From Steroidobacteraceae bacterium (lineage in GTDB: Bacteria; Pseudomonadota; Gammaproteobacteria; Steroidobacterales; Steroidobacteraceae), in the NCBI GenBank assembly GCA_036824505.1, contig DAITAA010000007.1:6677-70676 (forward strand): a DNA stretch of 64,000 nucleotides, written 5' to 3'. A program made the translations under genes and the position numbers. Shown piece after piece: positions 25,277 to 34,172 of the stretch. Under the pieces are notes generated by a model. That model made no database searches. It was given only the letters and a program-made list of their open reading frames with translations, and was not told the DNA's origin. Every line of letters begins with the position of its first letter. The first letter of the stretch is position 1.

Positions 25277-25848
25277 TTCCGCTCGCCGCCGCGGAAGGTC
25301 ATTCGCTGCAGCGTCGGCACACGGTCAAACCACTGGTGCTTGAACGCGCCAATCAGGTGCGCCGCGAGCAGGGCGTAAAACAGGTAGCTCAGCCATTCGT
25401 GCACGGTGTGGGCCAACTCGTCGAGCGCCTTTTTCGGCTCCGGCGCCATGTTTGCCACCCAGGCGATCCGCGGCATCTCGAAGAGCCCGAAAACGTTGAT
25501 CGGGACATCGGCAGCATATTCCCACGCCGAATCGTAGATCCACCCCGAGAGCGGCATCGCCAGGATCATGAAATACAGGGCGGCATGGCCTGTGCGCGCG
25601 GCGACGACCTGCCAACGGGGTATCGCCGGGCTGAACGGAGGAGGGCGATGCCCGATCCGCCACAGGAGCCTCATCAGCGCGAGACCCAGCACCGTAATGC
25701 CGAAGGTCTTGTGCGTGTCGGTGACGGATTGCGTCCACGAGTAATCCGGCCAAATCTTGAACGTCCATGCCAGGACCATATTGGCGATGACCAGGACGGC
25801 AATGACCCAGTGGAAAATAATCGCCGTTCGCGTGTAGCGATCGCTCAC
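25273..25848 (-). CDS. Cytochrome b561 family (CybB-like) membrane di-heme protein
   Basis: GTG start at 25848 (VSDRYTRTAIIFHWVIAVLV...), overlapping the PhyH stop as GTGA. It has four TM segments with conserved His (HW.., H.T.G, H..LY, H....HL). The 407-aa ORF in the track is an out-of-gene extension. Confidence 0.75.
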   Translation of the reverse strand: MSDRYTRTAIIFHWVIAVLVIANMVLAWTFKIWPDYSWTQSVTDTHKTFGITVLGLALMRLLWRIGHRPPPFSPAIPRWQVVAARTGHAALYFMILAMPLSGWIYDSAWEYAADVPINVFGLFEMPRIAWVANMAPEPKKALDELAHTVHEWLSYLFYALLAAHLIGAFKHQWFDRVPTLQRMTFRGGERK

Positions 25849-26684
25849 CGCGGCAGATTCCGCGCAGTCGTGTCGCGCTCTTCGGCAAGCCAGACGTCGC
25901 TCGCCTCGTCGCCGATGAAGCGCCGCGATCCGTACTCGCGAATGCGGCTGTCCGGAACCTTGACGAGCGGCGTATAGCGAGGATGCTGCGATTCCTTGTA
26001 AGGGTCGTTGCGCGCGGCGTTGTAGCTGCAGATCATCGACCAGCGCGGGTGCTTCGACTTGTTCTGATCCGACCGGTGTAGCGTATTGCAATGGAAGAAG
26101 AGGACGTCGCCCGGTTCCATGTCGACGTGCACGAGCTCCAGGCGCTTGAGGACTTCCTTCACTCGTTCCATATCCGCGCCGGCCTGTTCGCCGGTGAGGG
26201 CGTGATCGAGACGACCCAGCTGATGCGAGCCGCGCACCACCTGCAGACAGCCGTTCTCGCGCGTGGCGCGGTCGACCGCGATGAAGGCGCTGGCCATCCA
26301 CGGATTGAGGACGCCGTTGTGATACCAGTAGCCGTAGTCCTGGTGCCAGGTCCACGCGCCTCCGATCAGCGGGTCTTTCATGATCATCTTCGAGTGATAG
26401 TGGTAGACCTCGCCGCCCAGGAGTTTTTCCATTGAGCCGACGATCGACTCCGAGCGCGCGATCATGCCGTAGATCGTGTCGGTAGGATGGTTCCACAGTG
26501 ACAGGCGCACTGTACCGCCTTCGCCGTCCGCCCGGCCGAAGGAATGCTGGTCGAGCACGCGGTCGGCGCGCGCCGCGCGCCCGAGCAGGTCGACCTCGAC
26601 GGCGTCGAGCATGCCGCGTACCAGCACAAAGCCGTCAGCGTTGAACGCGCCGACTTCCGCATCGCCGATCGGTCCCCTGGCCAT
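25845..26684 (-). CDS. Phytanoyl-CoA dioxygenase (PhyH) family Fe(II)/2-oxoglutarate oxygenase
   Basis: 279 aa. WHQDYGYW (HxD), ATRENGCLQVVRGSH, and FFHCNTLHRS (distal His). A GAGGAGAAG RBS lies upstream. Confidence 0.8.
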   Translation of the reverse strand: MARGPIGDAEVGAFNADGFVLVRGMLDAVEVDLLGRAARADRVLDQHSFGRADGEGGTVRLSLWNHPTDTIYGMIARSESIVGSMEKLLGGEVYHYHSKMIMKDPLIGGAWTWHQDYGYWYHNGVLNPWMASAFIAVDRATRENGCLQVVRGSHQLGRLDHALTGEQAGADMERVKEVLKRLELVHVDMEPGDVLFFHCNTLHRSDQNKSKHPRWSMICSYNAARNDPYKESQHPRYTPLVKVPDSRIREYGSRRFIGDEASDVWLAEERDTTARNLPR

Positions 26685-26699
26685 TGGCTTCTCCTCGCC

Positions 26700-28058
26700 T
26701 CAGATCCGTGTCTGGCGGCGCAGCGTCCGCGCCGGCACCGGCGTTTCCGACCAGTACTTCTCGATCTCCTCCAGCGTCCGGTTCCTGGTTTCCGGCACGT
26801 ACTTCCAGGTAAATAGCGCCTGCGCCAGCGAAAACGCGGCCAGGATCGCGAAAGTCGGCGCCTGCCCCAGCCGATGCAATGCCGCGGGGAACAACAGGAC
26901 CACCACGGCGTTCGCCACCCACTGTGTCAGCACCGGCACGATCATCGCCGTGCCGCGGATGCGGGTCGGCAGGATTTCCGGCACCAGCGTCCAGAATACC
27001 GGACCGATGCACGAGCAGAAGAAAATCAGATATCCAAGGATCAGGATGAGAGCCAATGGACCCTTGAAATGTCCGAGCAACACGGCGATGGTCAGCGCGG
27101 AGAGCATCGCGGCCATCCCCAGCGATCCGACGATGTACAAAGGGCGGCGGCCGTAGCGATCGATCGTCCAGAAGGCCACCAGTGTGAACGCGAAGTTGGT
27201 GAGGCCCACGACGAACGTCGAAAGCAGGGCCGCATCCATCTGCCATCCCGCCGACAGGAAGATGACGGGCGCATAGTCGATGACGGTATTGATGCCGGAG
27301 AAGTGAATCAGAATGGCGAGCCAGAAGCCGACGAACACCGCGCGGCGCACGCCCGGCTGGAAAACTTCCCTCCACGAGTGATGGGTGGTCGCCGGCGCCG
27401 AAGCGCTGGCCAGTGAAACCTCGTACTGCGAGTCTCCGAGTTTCTCCATGACGGCGCGCGCCACGTCGGGGCGTCCTGCCATGAAGAGGAACCGCGGCGT
27501 CTCGGGGGCACGCAACAACAATCCGAAAAAAATCACGGACGGGATCACGCCCGTGCCGAACATCCAGCGCCAGTTGTCCGGACCGATGTCGTGCAGCAGA
27601 TAGTTGATGCAATAGGACACCAGAATGCCCGTGACGATGGACATCTGATAGAGCGCGCCCAACCTCCCGCGCACGGCCGCTGGTGCGACTTCCGCGATGT
27701 ACATCGGCGAGACCAGCGACACTCCACCAACGGCGAGGCCACCGATGAATCGCGCGGCGAGAAAGCTCGGAAAATCCCAGGCAATGGCCGTCGCGACCGA
27801 GGTCAACGCGAACAGCATTGCAATCCACAGCAGAACGTAACGGCGGCCGTAGCGATCGCTCAATCGACCGGCAATGGCGGCACCGATAGCGCAGCCGAAC
27901 AGCAGCGAGCTGAACGCCACCCCCAACCCAAAATCACCGAGCTCGAAATGCCGGGCCAGAAACGGGCCCGCGCCGCTGATGATGGCCACGTCGAATCCAA
28001 ACAGCAGGCCACCGGTTGCGGCTGTGCAGGCGAGAAACAGGACGTAGCGGAGGTTCAT
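26700..28058 (-). CDS. MFS sugar porter family transporter
   Basis: 452 aa with 12 TM segments. [18 protein letters not shown] and [12 protein letters not shown] are sugar-porter signatures. Confidence 0.85.
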   Translation of the reverse strand: MNLRYVLFLACTAATGGLLFGFDVAIISGAGPFLARHFELGDFGLGVAFSSLLFGCAIGAAIAGRLSDRYGRRYVLLWIAMLFALTSVATAIAWDFPSFLAARFIGGLAVGGVSLVSPMYIAEVAPAAVRGRLGALYQMSIVTGILVSYCINYLLHDIGPDNWRWMFGTGVIPSVIFFGLLLRAPETPRFLFMAGRPDVARAVMEKLGDSQYEVSLASASAPATTHHSWREVFQPGVRRAVFVGFWLAILIHFSGINTVIDYAPVIFLSAGWQMDAALLSTFVVGLTNFAFTLVAFWTIDRYGRRPLYIVGSLGMAAMLSALTIAVLLGHFKGPLALILILGYLIFFCSCIGPVFWTLVPEILPTRIRGTAMIVPVLTQWVANAVVVLLFPAALHRLGQAPTFAILAAFSLAQALFTWKYVPETRNRTLEEIEKYWSETPVPARTLRRQTRI

Positions 28059-30310
28059 GGCTGCTTACCGGTCTCTACGGCGAGCTTTTTCAGCATCTCA
28101 CCGATCTCGGGATTCGACATGAACGCGCGCCACAGCAGGCCGGAGCGATGGTTCTCGACCATGGCGACGATCGGTGCCTGGTTGAGGCCCATGTAGTGAT
28201 AGGCGAGCCAGTCCTGGCTCGGGTTGTAGTTGTCGCGCGGGCCGTAGATGCCCCAGAGCTCGGCGCCGAGCTCGCGGTAAAAGTGCTTGAAGGCGGCCAT
28301 CGACGCTTCGGGCGTGAACGGGAACGACGCCAGCGCCCCGGTCAGCGTGATCGTGCCGTCGTCGTTCCACTGGTCGGGTGCGGGCGTCGTGTAGCCGTTC
28401 CAGCCGAAGCTCGCCGTCAATCCCCAAGCGTCCGGGCCGTAGCCCTTGAAGCCCTTGGGGTTCGCGATGCAATACGCGCGATTGATGGCGGCGATGCTGC
28501 GGCTATTGTCGAAGTAGGACGCAGTGTAACGGTCGCGCAACTGGCGCGGATCGAATCCCATGAAGATGTAGTGGATGAAGAACAGCGGACCGCCGGTGCT
28601 GACGCCGACGTCGAGCTTGATCCCGTAATAGCTGTTGCCGTTGGCATAGAGCCGGCCGTCCGGGCTGCCCGACCAGCCCTGCCGGTAATCCTGCGCGCGC
28701 TGCTCCTGGCTCGCCCAGCCGCTGTAGTACATGGATGCCGGCACCGGATGCGTGGGCGATGCGATCGCGAACAGATAGGTCGGGACCGTCTCGTTGAATC
28801 CGATCAGCGGGTGCTGGATCCGGTGACCCCACTGTGGCGACCAGTGCCAGTACAGATACGGACTGTCAGGCGACATCCGGAACCAGTCCCATTCCACGGC
28901 TTCCCAGAGCGCCGTGATGCGATCGCGCAGCGACTGCTCGCGCTTCTCCTTGCGGTCGAAATAGCCGCGCGCCGTGAGCAGGCCCTGGATCACGTACGAT
29001 GTCTCGATGATGTCGCCGCCGTTGTCGTACATGCCGAAGAGCGGCATGGTCTCGCCGGTCTCGTCGTTGTAGTAATGCGACCAGGCGCCGTGGAAGCGCG
29101 GCGCGCGCTCGAGGAACGACAGGAGTTTTTCGAGCCGCCCGAGGCCCTGGTCGCGCGTGATGAACTGGCGGTGGACCGCCGCCACGAGGGCGCTGATGCC
29201 GAGCCCAGTCGCGCCCGTCGCGACGATGCGGTCGTCTCCCGGAAGGTTCTCGTGGGCCATGCCGGTATTGGCGCCTGAAGCTTCCCAGTAATAGCGGAAT
29301 GCCGCTTCCTGCAGCATGTCGAGCAGCTCCTCGTCGCTCAGCTCGCGCGTCGCCGCCGTGACGACGGCCGACGGCCCCGATTCGCGTCCCTCCCAGTCGG
29401 CAGCCGCGACGCGGTAGCTCGCCTTCGCGCCCGAACGGCCGATGAAGTCGGCGTAGCGATTGACGCCCGGCCGCTGCGTGCCGACCGGCAGAAACGGACC
29501 GCCGTCGATCGAGCGGGAAACAACGTAATAGGCGGCGGCGTTTTCCGCGGGCGCCTGCCATTGCACGTCGATGTGGCGGTCGAAGCCCTTCGCCGATACG
29601 CCGTCCGGTACCGGCAGCGTCGCGGCGGCGGCCGCCGGCTCGTCGTCGATCCGGATGTCGTCGACGATCAGCACGCGCTTCTTTCCGTCCGCGCGCCGCT
29701 GGTGGAAGATGACGCTTTGCAGGCGCTCGGAGCGGAACTGGTATACCGAGGCTGAGCGGAGCTTCTCGAACGGAATGCGGACCGGAACCCATTTTCCCGC
29801 AGGCAGGTCGCCCGTGTAGGTCGCGAGCGGTTCCTCGACGGTGAAGCTGCCCGGCATCGTCGCCACCTGGAGGCCGCCGCGCGCATCGGACAGCACCACG
29901 TTGGGCAGGTCATCGGCCGCGATGGCTTCCGGCGAATAGACCCAGAAAAAAAGCGTCCCCCCGGCGAAATCCGGAAATCGGTTCGGGAAGCTGACGAATT
30001 GAATCTGTGCGTCCCAGCTGCCGCCGGGCGCCGACTGCCATTCGATGCGGATGGCGTTCGGCGGCGTGCGGAAATGCTTCGCTTCCACGGGCAGGCGCCA
30101 ACCGACCGAGCGGAGCTCGCTCGGCGCGGTCTTTGCCGCGCTGCTCTGGAAGTACACCTCGCGCTGGAGGCTGTTGTCGAAGAACACGTGGCGGTAGTAA
30201 TCCGATTGCGCCGCGGCAGGATCGACGCAAAAGCTGGCCATGAGAAGGAGAATTCCCGACACTCGAATATTCATCCGCATGCTTTGGCTCCGTACCGCTA
30301 GCCGCTTCAT
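28055..30310 (-). CDS. Secreted multidomain 'glucoamylase family' (PF10091 / GH144-like beta-glucanase) protein with N-terminal CBM-like and Fn3-like modules
   Basis: 751 aa. The core ..[74 protein letters not shown].. matches my memory of the PF10091 family block (RFHGAW.H..N..TG......DDGGD.VET). The family assignment needs an HMM search. Confidence 0.6.
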   Translation of the reverse strand: MKRLAVRSQSMRMNIRVSGILLLMASFCVDPAAAQSDYYRHVFFDNSLQREVYFQSSAAKTAPSELRSVGWRLPVEAKHFRTPPNAIRIEWQSAPGGSWDAQIQFVSFPNRFPDFAGGTLFFWVYSPEAIAADDLPNVVLSDARGGLQVATMPGSFTVEEPLATYTGDLPAGKWVPVRIPFEKLRSASVYQFRSERLQSVIFHQRRADGKKRVLIVDDIRIDDEPAAAAATLPVPDGVSAKGFDRHIDVQWQAPAENAAAYYVVSRSIDGGPFLPVGTQRPGVNRYADFIGRSGAKASYRVAAADWEGRESGPSAVVTAATRELSDEELLDMLQEAAFRYYWEASGANTGMAHENLPGDDRIVATGATGLGISALVAAVHRQFITRDQGLGRLEKLLSFLERAPRFHGAWSHYYNDETGETMPLFGMYDNGGDIIETSYVIQGLLTARGYFDRKEKREQSLRDRITALWEAVEWDWFRMSPDSPYLYWHWSPQWGHRIQHPLIGFNETVPTYLFAIASPTHPVPASMYYSGWASQEQRAQDYRQGWSGSPDGRLYANGNSYYGIKLDVGVSTGGPLFFIHYIFMGFDPRQLRDRYTASYFDNSRSIAAINRAYCIANPKGFKGYGPDAWGLTASFGWNGYTTPAPDQWNDDGTITLTGALASFPFTPEASMAAFKHFYRELGAELWGIYGPRDNYNPSQDWLAYHYMGLNQAPIVAMVENHRSGLLWRAFMSNPEIGEMLKKLAVETGKQP

Positions 30311-31908
30311 GGCCGGTATCCGCCGGCCGTGAGGGCGGGTCCGAGCGTTGCGACGTGTGGCGCGAGCTCCCTCGCGAAATGCCGCCAGCGCCCGACCGAG
30401 CGGTCATTGACCTTCTCCGCGACGCGCGCGTAGCTCGGTGTCGGCGCATAGCGCCGGTTCTCATGAAAGTGCAGGCACGCATCCTCGAAGGGCAGGCCGA
30501 CGTGCGCAAGCAGGCGGCGCGTCTCCGCTTCCGGGTCCGCCACGAACAGCTCGTATTGCAGCACGTACGCCGTGCGCCCGAATTCGCGCTGGTAGCCCGC
30601 GATCAACGTGTCGGTTGCCGCCAGATGATGCACGATGTCCTCGATCCGGAACGCGCAATGGAATCCATGCGAAAGGTTGTTCGATAGCATCGAGACGGCG
30701 ACATCGCGTGGGTCGCGCTTCACCAGGACGAGCTTCGCTTCCGGGAAGGCCATGAGCAGGAGCGGCAGGTTGATCTCGTTAAACGGCGTCTTGTCGGTGA
30801 ACAAGCGCGCGCCCGGGCCGGTGAGGCCCGCAGTCTCCGCGCGCGCGAAGTAGTGGTCGCGTAGAACCGCGGCAAGATGCCGCTCGTCCGCCGCTGCGGT
30901 CGAGTCGAGGCAGCCGGGGAAGTCCCCCCCGTGCGGGCACAGGCGCTGCGCCACGGCGCGCAGCTCGCTGAGCCATGCGTGTTCGCCTCCCGCGCGCACG
31001 GCACTGTGTGCTGAGAGCACCTGCTCAATCAGAGTCGTGCCGGAGCGCGGCGCCCCCAGGATAAAGACCGGCTGCGGCACGTCGCCGCGCGTGGTCGCGC
31101 GCGGCATCCGCGCCATCGTCGTGGCGCTGAAGTATTCGCGCAACGCGCGGTAGAGAGCCGCGACGCCCGCGGCGTCGTAGGCAAGGCCGCCCAGCTCGGC
31201 CGCGAGCTTGCGCTTGCCTTCGACGTAGTCGGCCCAGGCCTCGACATGACGGCCGACGCGCTCGTAGAGTCGCCCCCGCTCGAGTTGCCCTTCACCGTTG
31301 ATGTTGCGGGCCGCCTCGATGATCGCGAGTGCCTCGGCGTCGCGCCCGGTCCGGGCGAGGTATTGCACGCGCAGCAGGTTGATTGCCTCGGCGGAGGACG
31401 CCGCCTGCGCGGCGTCGAGGAGCCGCTCCGCGCCAGCGAAGTCACCCTGCACCTCCCGGAGCTTCGACCAGTGCGCGAGGATCCGGAAGGTCCGCGGCGC
31501 GAGCCGGTCCGCCTCCGTAAAGGCCGCCTCCGATTCGGCGGTGCGTCCCTGCTGCATCAAGTTGAGTGCGAGGTTCGCAAGCGGCCCCGCGTTCGTCCCA
31601 CCGGTCTCGAGCGCACGCCTGAAGTGCCATTCGCCCGCCGGAAGGTCGTTTTCCACGGACAGCAGGGTACCCAACTGGTCGTGCGCAGCCGCATTGTCGG
31701 GATTCGCGACGATGGCGCGGCGCGCGACGACGAGCGCATCCGCGCGCCCGCCGTGATTCGCCAGCAGGGAGATGAGATTGACGAAGGCCCAGTCAGCGCG
31801 GCGATCGATTTCAATGATGCCGGTCAGTACCTTTGCGGCACCCGCCACGTCCCCGCGCGCAATCGCCTCGCGCACCGCCGCAGGTGTCGGTTCAATTAAC
31901 TTGGACAT
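30307..31908 (-). CDS. TPR-repeat protein fused to a PAPS-dependent sulfotransferase domain
   Basis: The start is taken at ATG 31908 (MSKLIEP...). The longer listed ORF runs antisense-overlapping into GH3. The N-terminal ~300 aa are TPR-like. The C-terminal domain has the 5'-PSB loop GAPRSGTTL and the 3'-PB motif [10 protein letters not shown]. Confidence 0.75.
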   Translation of the reverse strand: MSKLIEPTPAAVREAIARGDVAGAAKVLTGIIEIDRRADWAFVNLISLLANHGGRADALVVARRAIVANPDNAAAHDQLGTLLSVENDLPAGEWHFRRALETGGTNAGPLANLALNLMQQGRTAESEAAFTEADRLAPRTFRILAHWSKLREVQGDFAGAERLLDAAQAASSAEAINLLRVQYLARTGRDAEALAIIEAARNINGEGQLERGRLYERVGRHVEAWADYVEGKRKLAAELGGLAYDAAGVAALYRALREYFSATTMARMPRATTRGDVPQPVFILGAPRSGTTLIEQVLSAHSAVRAGGEHAWLSELRAVAQRLCPHGGDFPGCLDSTAAADERHLAAVLRDHYFARAETAGLTGPGARLFTDKTPFNEINLPLLLMAFPEAKLVLVKRDPRDVAVSMLSNNLSHGFHCAFRIEDIVHHLAATDTLIAGYQREFGRTAYVLQYELFVADPEAETRRLLAHVGLPFEDACLHFHENRRYAPTPSYARVAEKVNDRSVGRWRHFARELAPHVATLGPALTAGGYRP

Positions 31909-34135
31909 CGCGAATGTCGACCTCCTGCACCAGGGGCAGTATCCGCGACGATGCGCCGACGTGCATACGATAGCGCCCGGCAGGGTGGCGCCACTCGCTT
32001 GCGCTCGTGTCCCAGACTCGAAGAGCGTAGGGATCCGCTGCGATCCGAACGCGACGCCGCTCGCCGGGCGCCAGCTCCACGCGAACCCAGCCCGCCAGCC
32101 GCTTCGCGGGTTCGCCGGCCGCCGGCGGAAACTCAACATACAACTGCGCGACTTCCACGCCCGCGCGCTTTCCGGTGTTGGTCAGGTCGAAAGTCACCGA
32201 GAGATCCGGATCCACCGCGAGGTTCGCATACGCGAAGGTCGTGTAGGAGAGCCCGAAGCCGAACTCGTATGCCGGGACCTTGTTTCGCGAGACGTACCAT
32301 CGGTAGCCGACCGCCAGCCCTTCGTCCAGCGCGACGACCGGGGATCGCGCCGGAACAGAATCAGGCTTCATGGGGTCGGCCTGCGGCTCGGGCGGGTAGG
32401 GGCGCGGCAGGTCCGCCTCGGCGCGCGGAAAGCTGATCGGCAGCCGGCCGGAGGGATCGACGCGGCCGAACAGGATGGCGGCGATCGCCTCCGCGCCGCG
32501 ATTGCCCGGATACCAGGCTTCGAGGATGGCGCCAGCCTGCGCCGCCCAGGGCGTCAGCACCGCACCGCCGGTCTGCAGGACGACGACGGTCCGGGGATTG
32601 GCGGCCGCTACTTTCCGGATCAGCTCGTCCTGACCGGCCGGCAGCGACAGGTTGGAAAGGTCCTTGCCTTCCGTGCGTGCCTGCCAGGCGAAGACGATTG
32701 CCACGTCGGCGGATGCCGCGAGGCGCGCTGCCGCCTCGACATCTTCACCGGATGCGAACGTCACATCCGCCGAGGGCGACTCGGCTTCGATCGCCGTCAC
32801 CGGCGACGAGTGATGCCAGACGGTGCTGGCGAACTGGACCAGCTCGGCCGCGGTGCCGGGCGGCGTATCGTCGATCGTGACGCCGCCGATCGACTCGACG
32901 CAGGACGAGCCGCCGCCGGCCAGCACGCCCACATCGGCGCGACGGCCGATCACTGCGATCTTTCCGGCGGAATCCGCCCGCAGCGGCAGCAGACCGTCGC
33001 GGTTCTGGAGGAGGACGATGCCGCTTTCGGCCACTCGCCGCGCGACGGCGAGTCCGGCTGTCGTATCGACGGGCCTCACGGCCTCCTGCCGGTCCAGTGC
33101 ACCGACCGAGGCGAGGCCGCGCAGGATGCGGCGGGCCATGTCGTTGACGCGCGATTCGGAGACCTCTCCTTTCTCCACTGCTGTCTTCAGCGCGCCCGCG
33201 AAGTAGCGCTCCTGGTAGAACTCCTGGTCGAGTCCGGCTTGCGCCGACTGCACGGTGCTGTGGGTTGCGCCCCAGTCGGACATGACCCAGCCCTTGAAGC
33301 CCCATTCGGTTTTCAGGATGCCGTCGAGGAGCCGGGCGTTCTCGCAGGCGTAGACGCCGTTCACCTTGTTGTAGGCGCACATGACGCTGCCGGCGCCCGA
33401 TTCCTTCACGGCGATCTCGAACGGCAAGAGGTCGATCTCGCGCAGCGCCCGCTCGTCGACGACCATGTCGACGGTATGGCGGTTCGTCTCCTGCGTGTTG
33501 GCGACGAGGTGCTTGACGGTGGATACGACGCCCTGCGACTGGATGCCGCGCAGCTGCGCCGTCACCAGGCGCCCTGCCAGGACCGGGTCTTCGCCCAGGT
33601 ACTCGAAGTTGCGGCCGTTCCAGGCGTCGCGCTCGACGTTGGCGCCGCCGGCGAGCAGCACGTTGAACCCGCGGTCGCGGGCCTCGCGGCCCATGATTCG
33701 CCCGCTTTCGAACGCGAGCTCCGGGTCGAAGCTCGCGGCCAGTGCCTGCGCGGAAGGGAAGGCCGTCGCGCGGCCGTCCGCACCGCCGGAGATGTTCCTC
33801 ACGCCGAGGGGTCCGTCGTTCAGCTGCAGCGCGGGGATGCCGAGGCGCGGCAGCGGCGCGATGAAGCCGGCTCCGCCTCCCGCTCCGGCCGGCGTCGGCT
33901 GCCCCGCGTAGGCAAACCCGAGCGGTCCGTGGAGCAGGTGAATCTTCTCGTCCAGCGTCATCTGCCGGACGAGCGCCAGGGCGCGCTGGTCCGGGTCCGG
34001 GCTCTCGTCACGCGGGACCTCACTTGCCTGCACGGTCAGGACCATCGCAGCGGAAACAGCCAGGCCGCCTGCGACGCAGAGGAGGTACGGGGCCGCACCG
34101 GCCCAGCGCCTGGGCGCATGGCCGGCGGGACCCAT
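31892..34135 (-). CDS. GH3 beta-glucosidase, secreted/periplasmic
   Basis: 747 aa. MTLDEKI..L, GFKGWVMSDWGA (GH3 nucleophile block SDW), and a C-terminal Fn3-like domain (FGFGLSYTTF). Confidence 0.85.
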   Translation of the reverse strand: MGPAGHAPRRWAGAAPYLLCVAGGLAVSAAMVLTVQASEVPRDESPDPDQRALALVRQMTLDEKIHLLHGPLGFAYAGQPTPAGAGGGAGFIAPLPRLGIPALQLNDGPLGVRNISGGADGRATAFPSAQALAASFDPELAFESGRIMGREARDRGFNVLLAGGANVERDAWNGRNFEYLGEDPVLAGRLVTAQLRGIQSQGVVSTVKHLVANTQETNRHTVDMVVDERALREIDLLPFEIAVKESGAGSVMCAYNKVNGVYACENARLLDGILKTEWGFKGWVMSDWGATHSTVQSAQAGLDQEFYQERYFAGALKTAVEKGEVSESRVNDMARRILRGLASVGALDRQEAVRPVDTTAGLAVARRVAESGIVLLQNRDGLLPLRADSAGKIAVIGRRADVGVLAGGGSSCVESIGGVTIDDTPPGTAAELVQFASTVWHHSSPVTAIEAESPSADVTFASGEDVEAAARLAASADVAIVFAWQARTEGKDLSNLSLPAGQDELIRKVAAANPRTVVVLQTGGAVLTPWAAQAGAILEAWYPGNRGAEAIAAILFGRVDPSGRLPISFPRAEADLPRPYPPEPQADPMKPDSVPARSPVVALDEGLAVGYRWYVSRNKVPAYEFGFGLSYTTFAYANLAVDPDLSVTFDLTNTGKRAGVEVAQLYVEFPPAAGEPAKRLAGWVRVELAPGERRRVRIAADPYALRVWDTSASEWRHPAGRYRMHVGASSRILPLVQEVDIRDVQVN

Positions 34136-34172
34136 CGCTCAGCTGCGGAACTTCATGTCGGCGCGTACCCCG

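Noticed and set aside
25849-26496. N-terminal 216 codons of the 407-aa ORF 25273..26496
   Set aside because: This part overlaps the PhyH gene in another frame and is Arg/Pro-rich. Only the last 192 codons (from GTG 25848) look like a cytochrome b561.
28016-29278. 420-aa plus-strand ORF
   Set aside because: It is antisense to the GH144-like gene and has no motifs.
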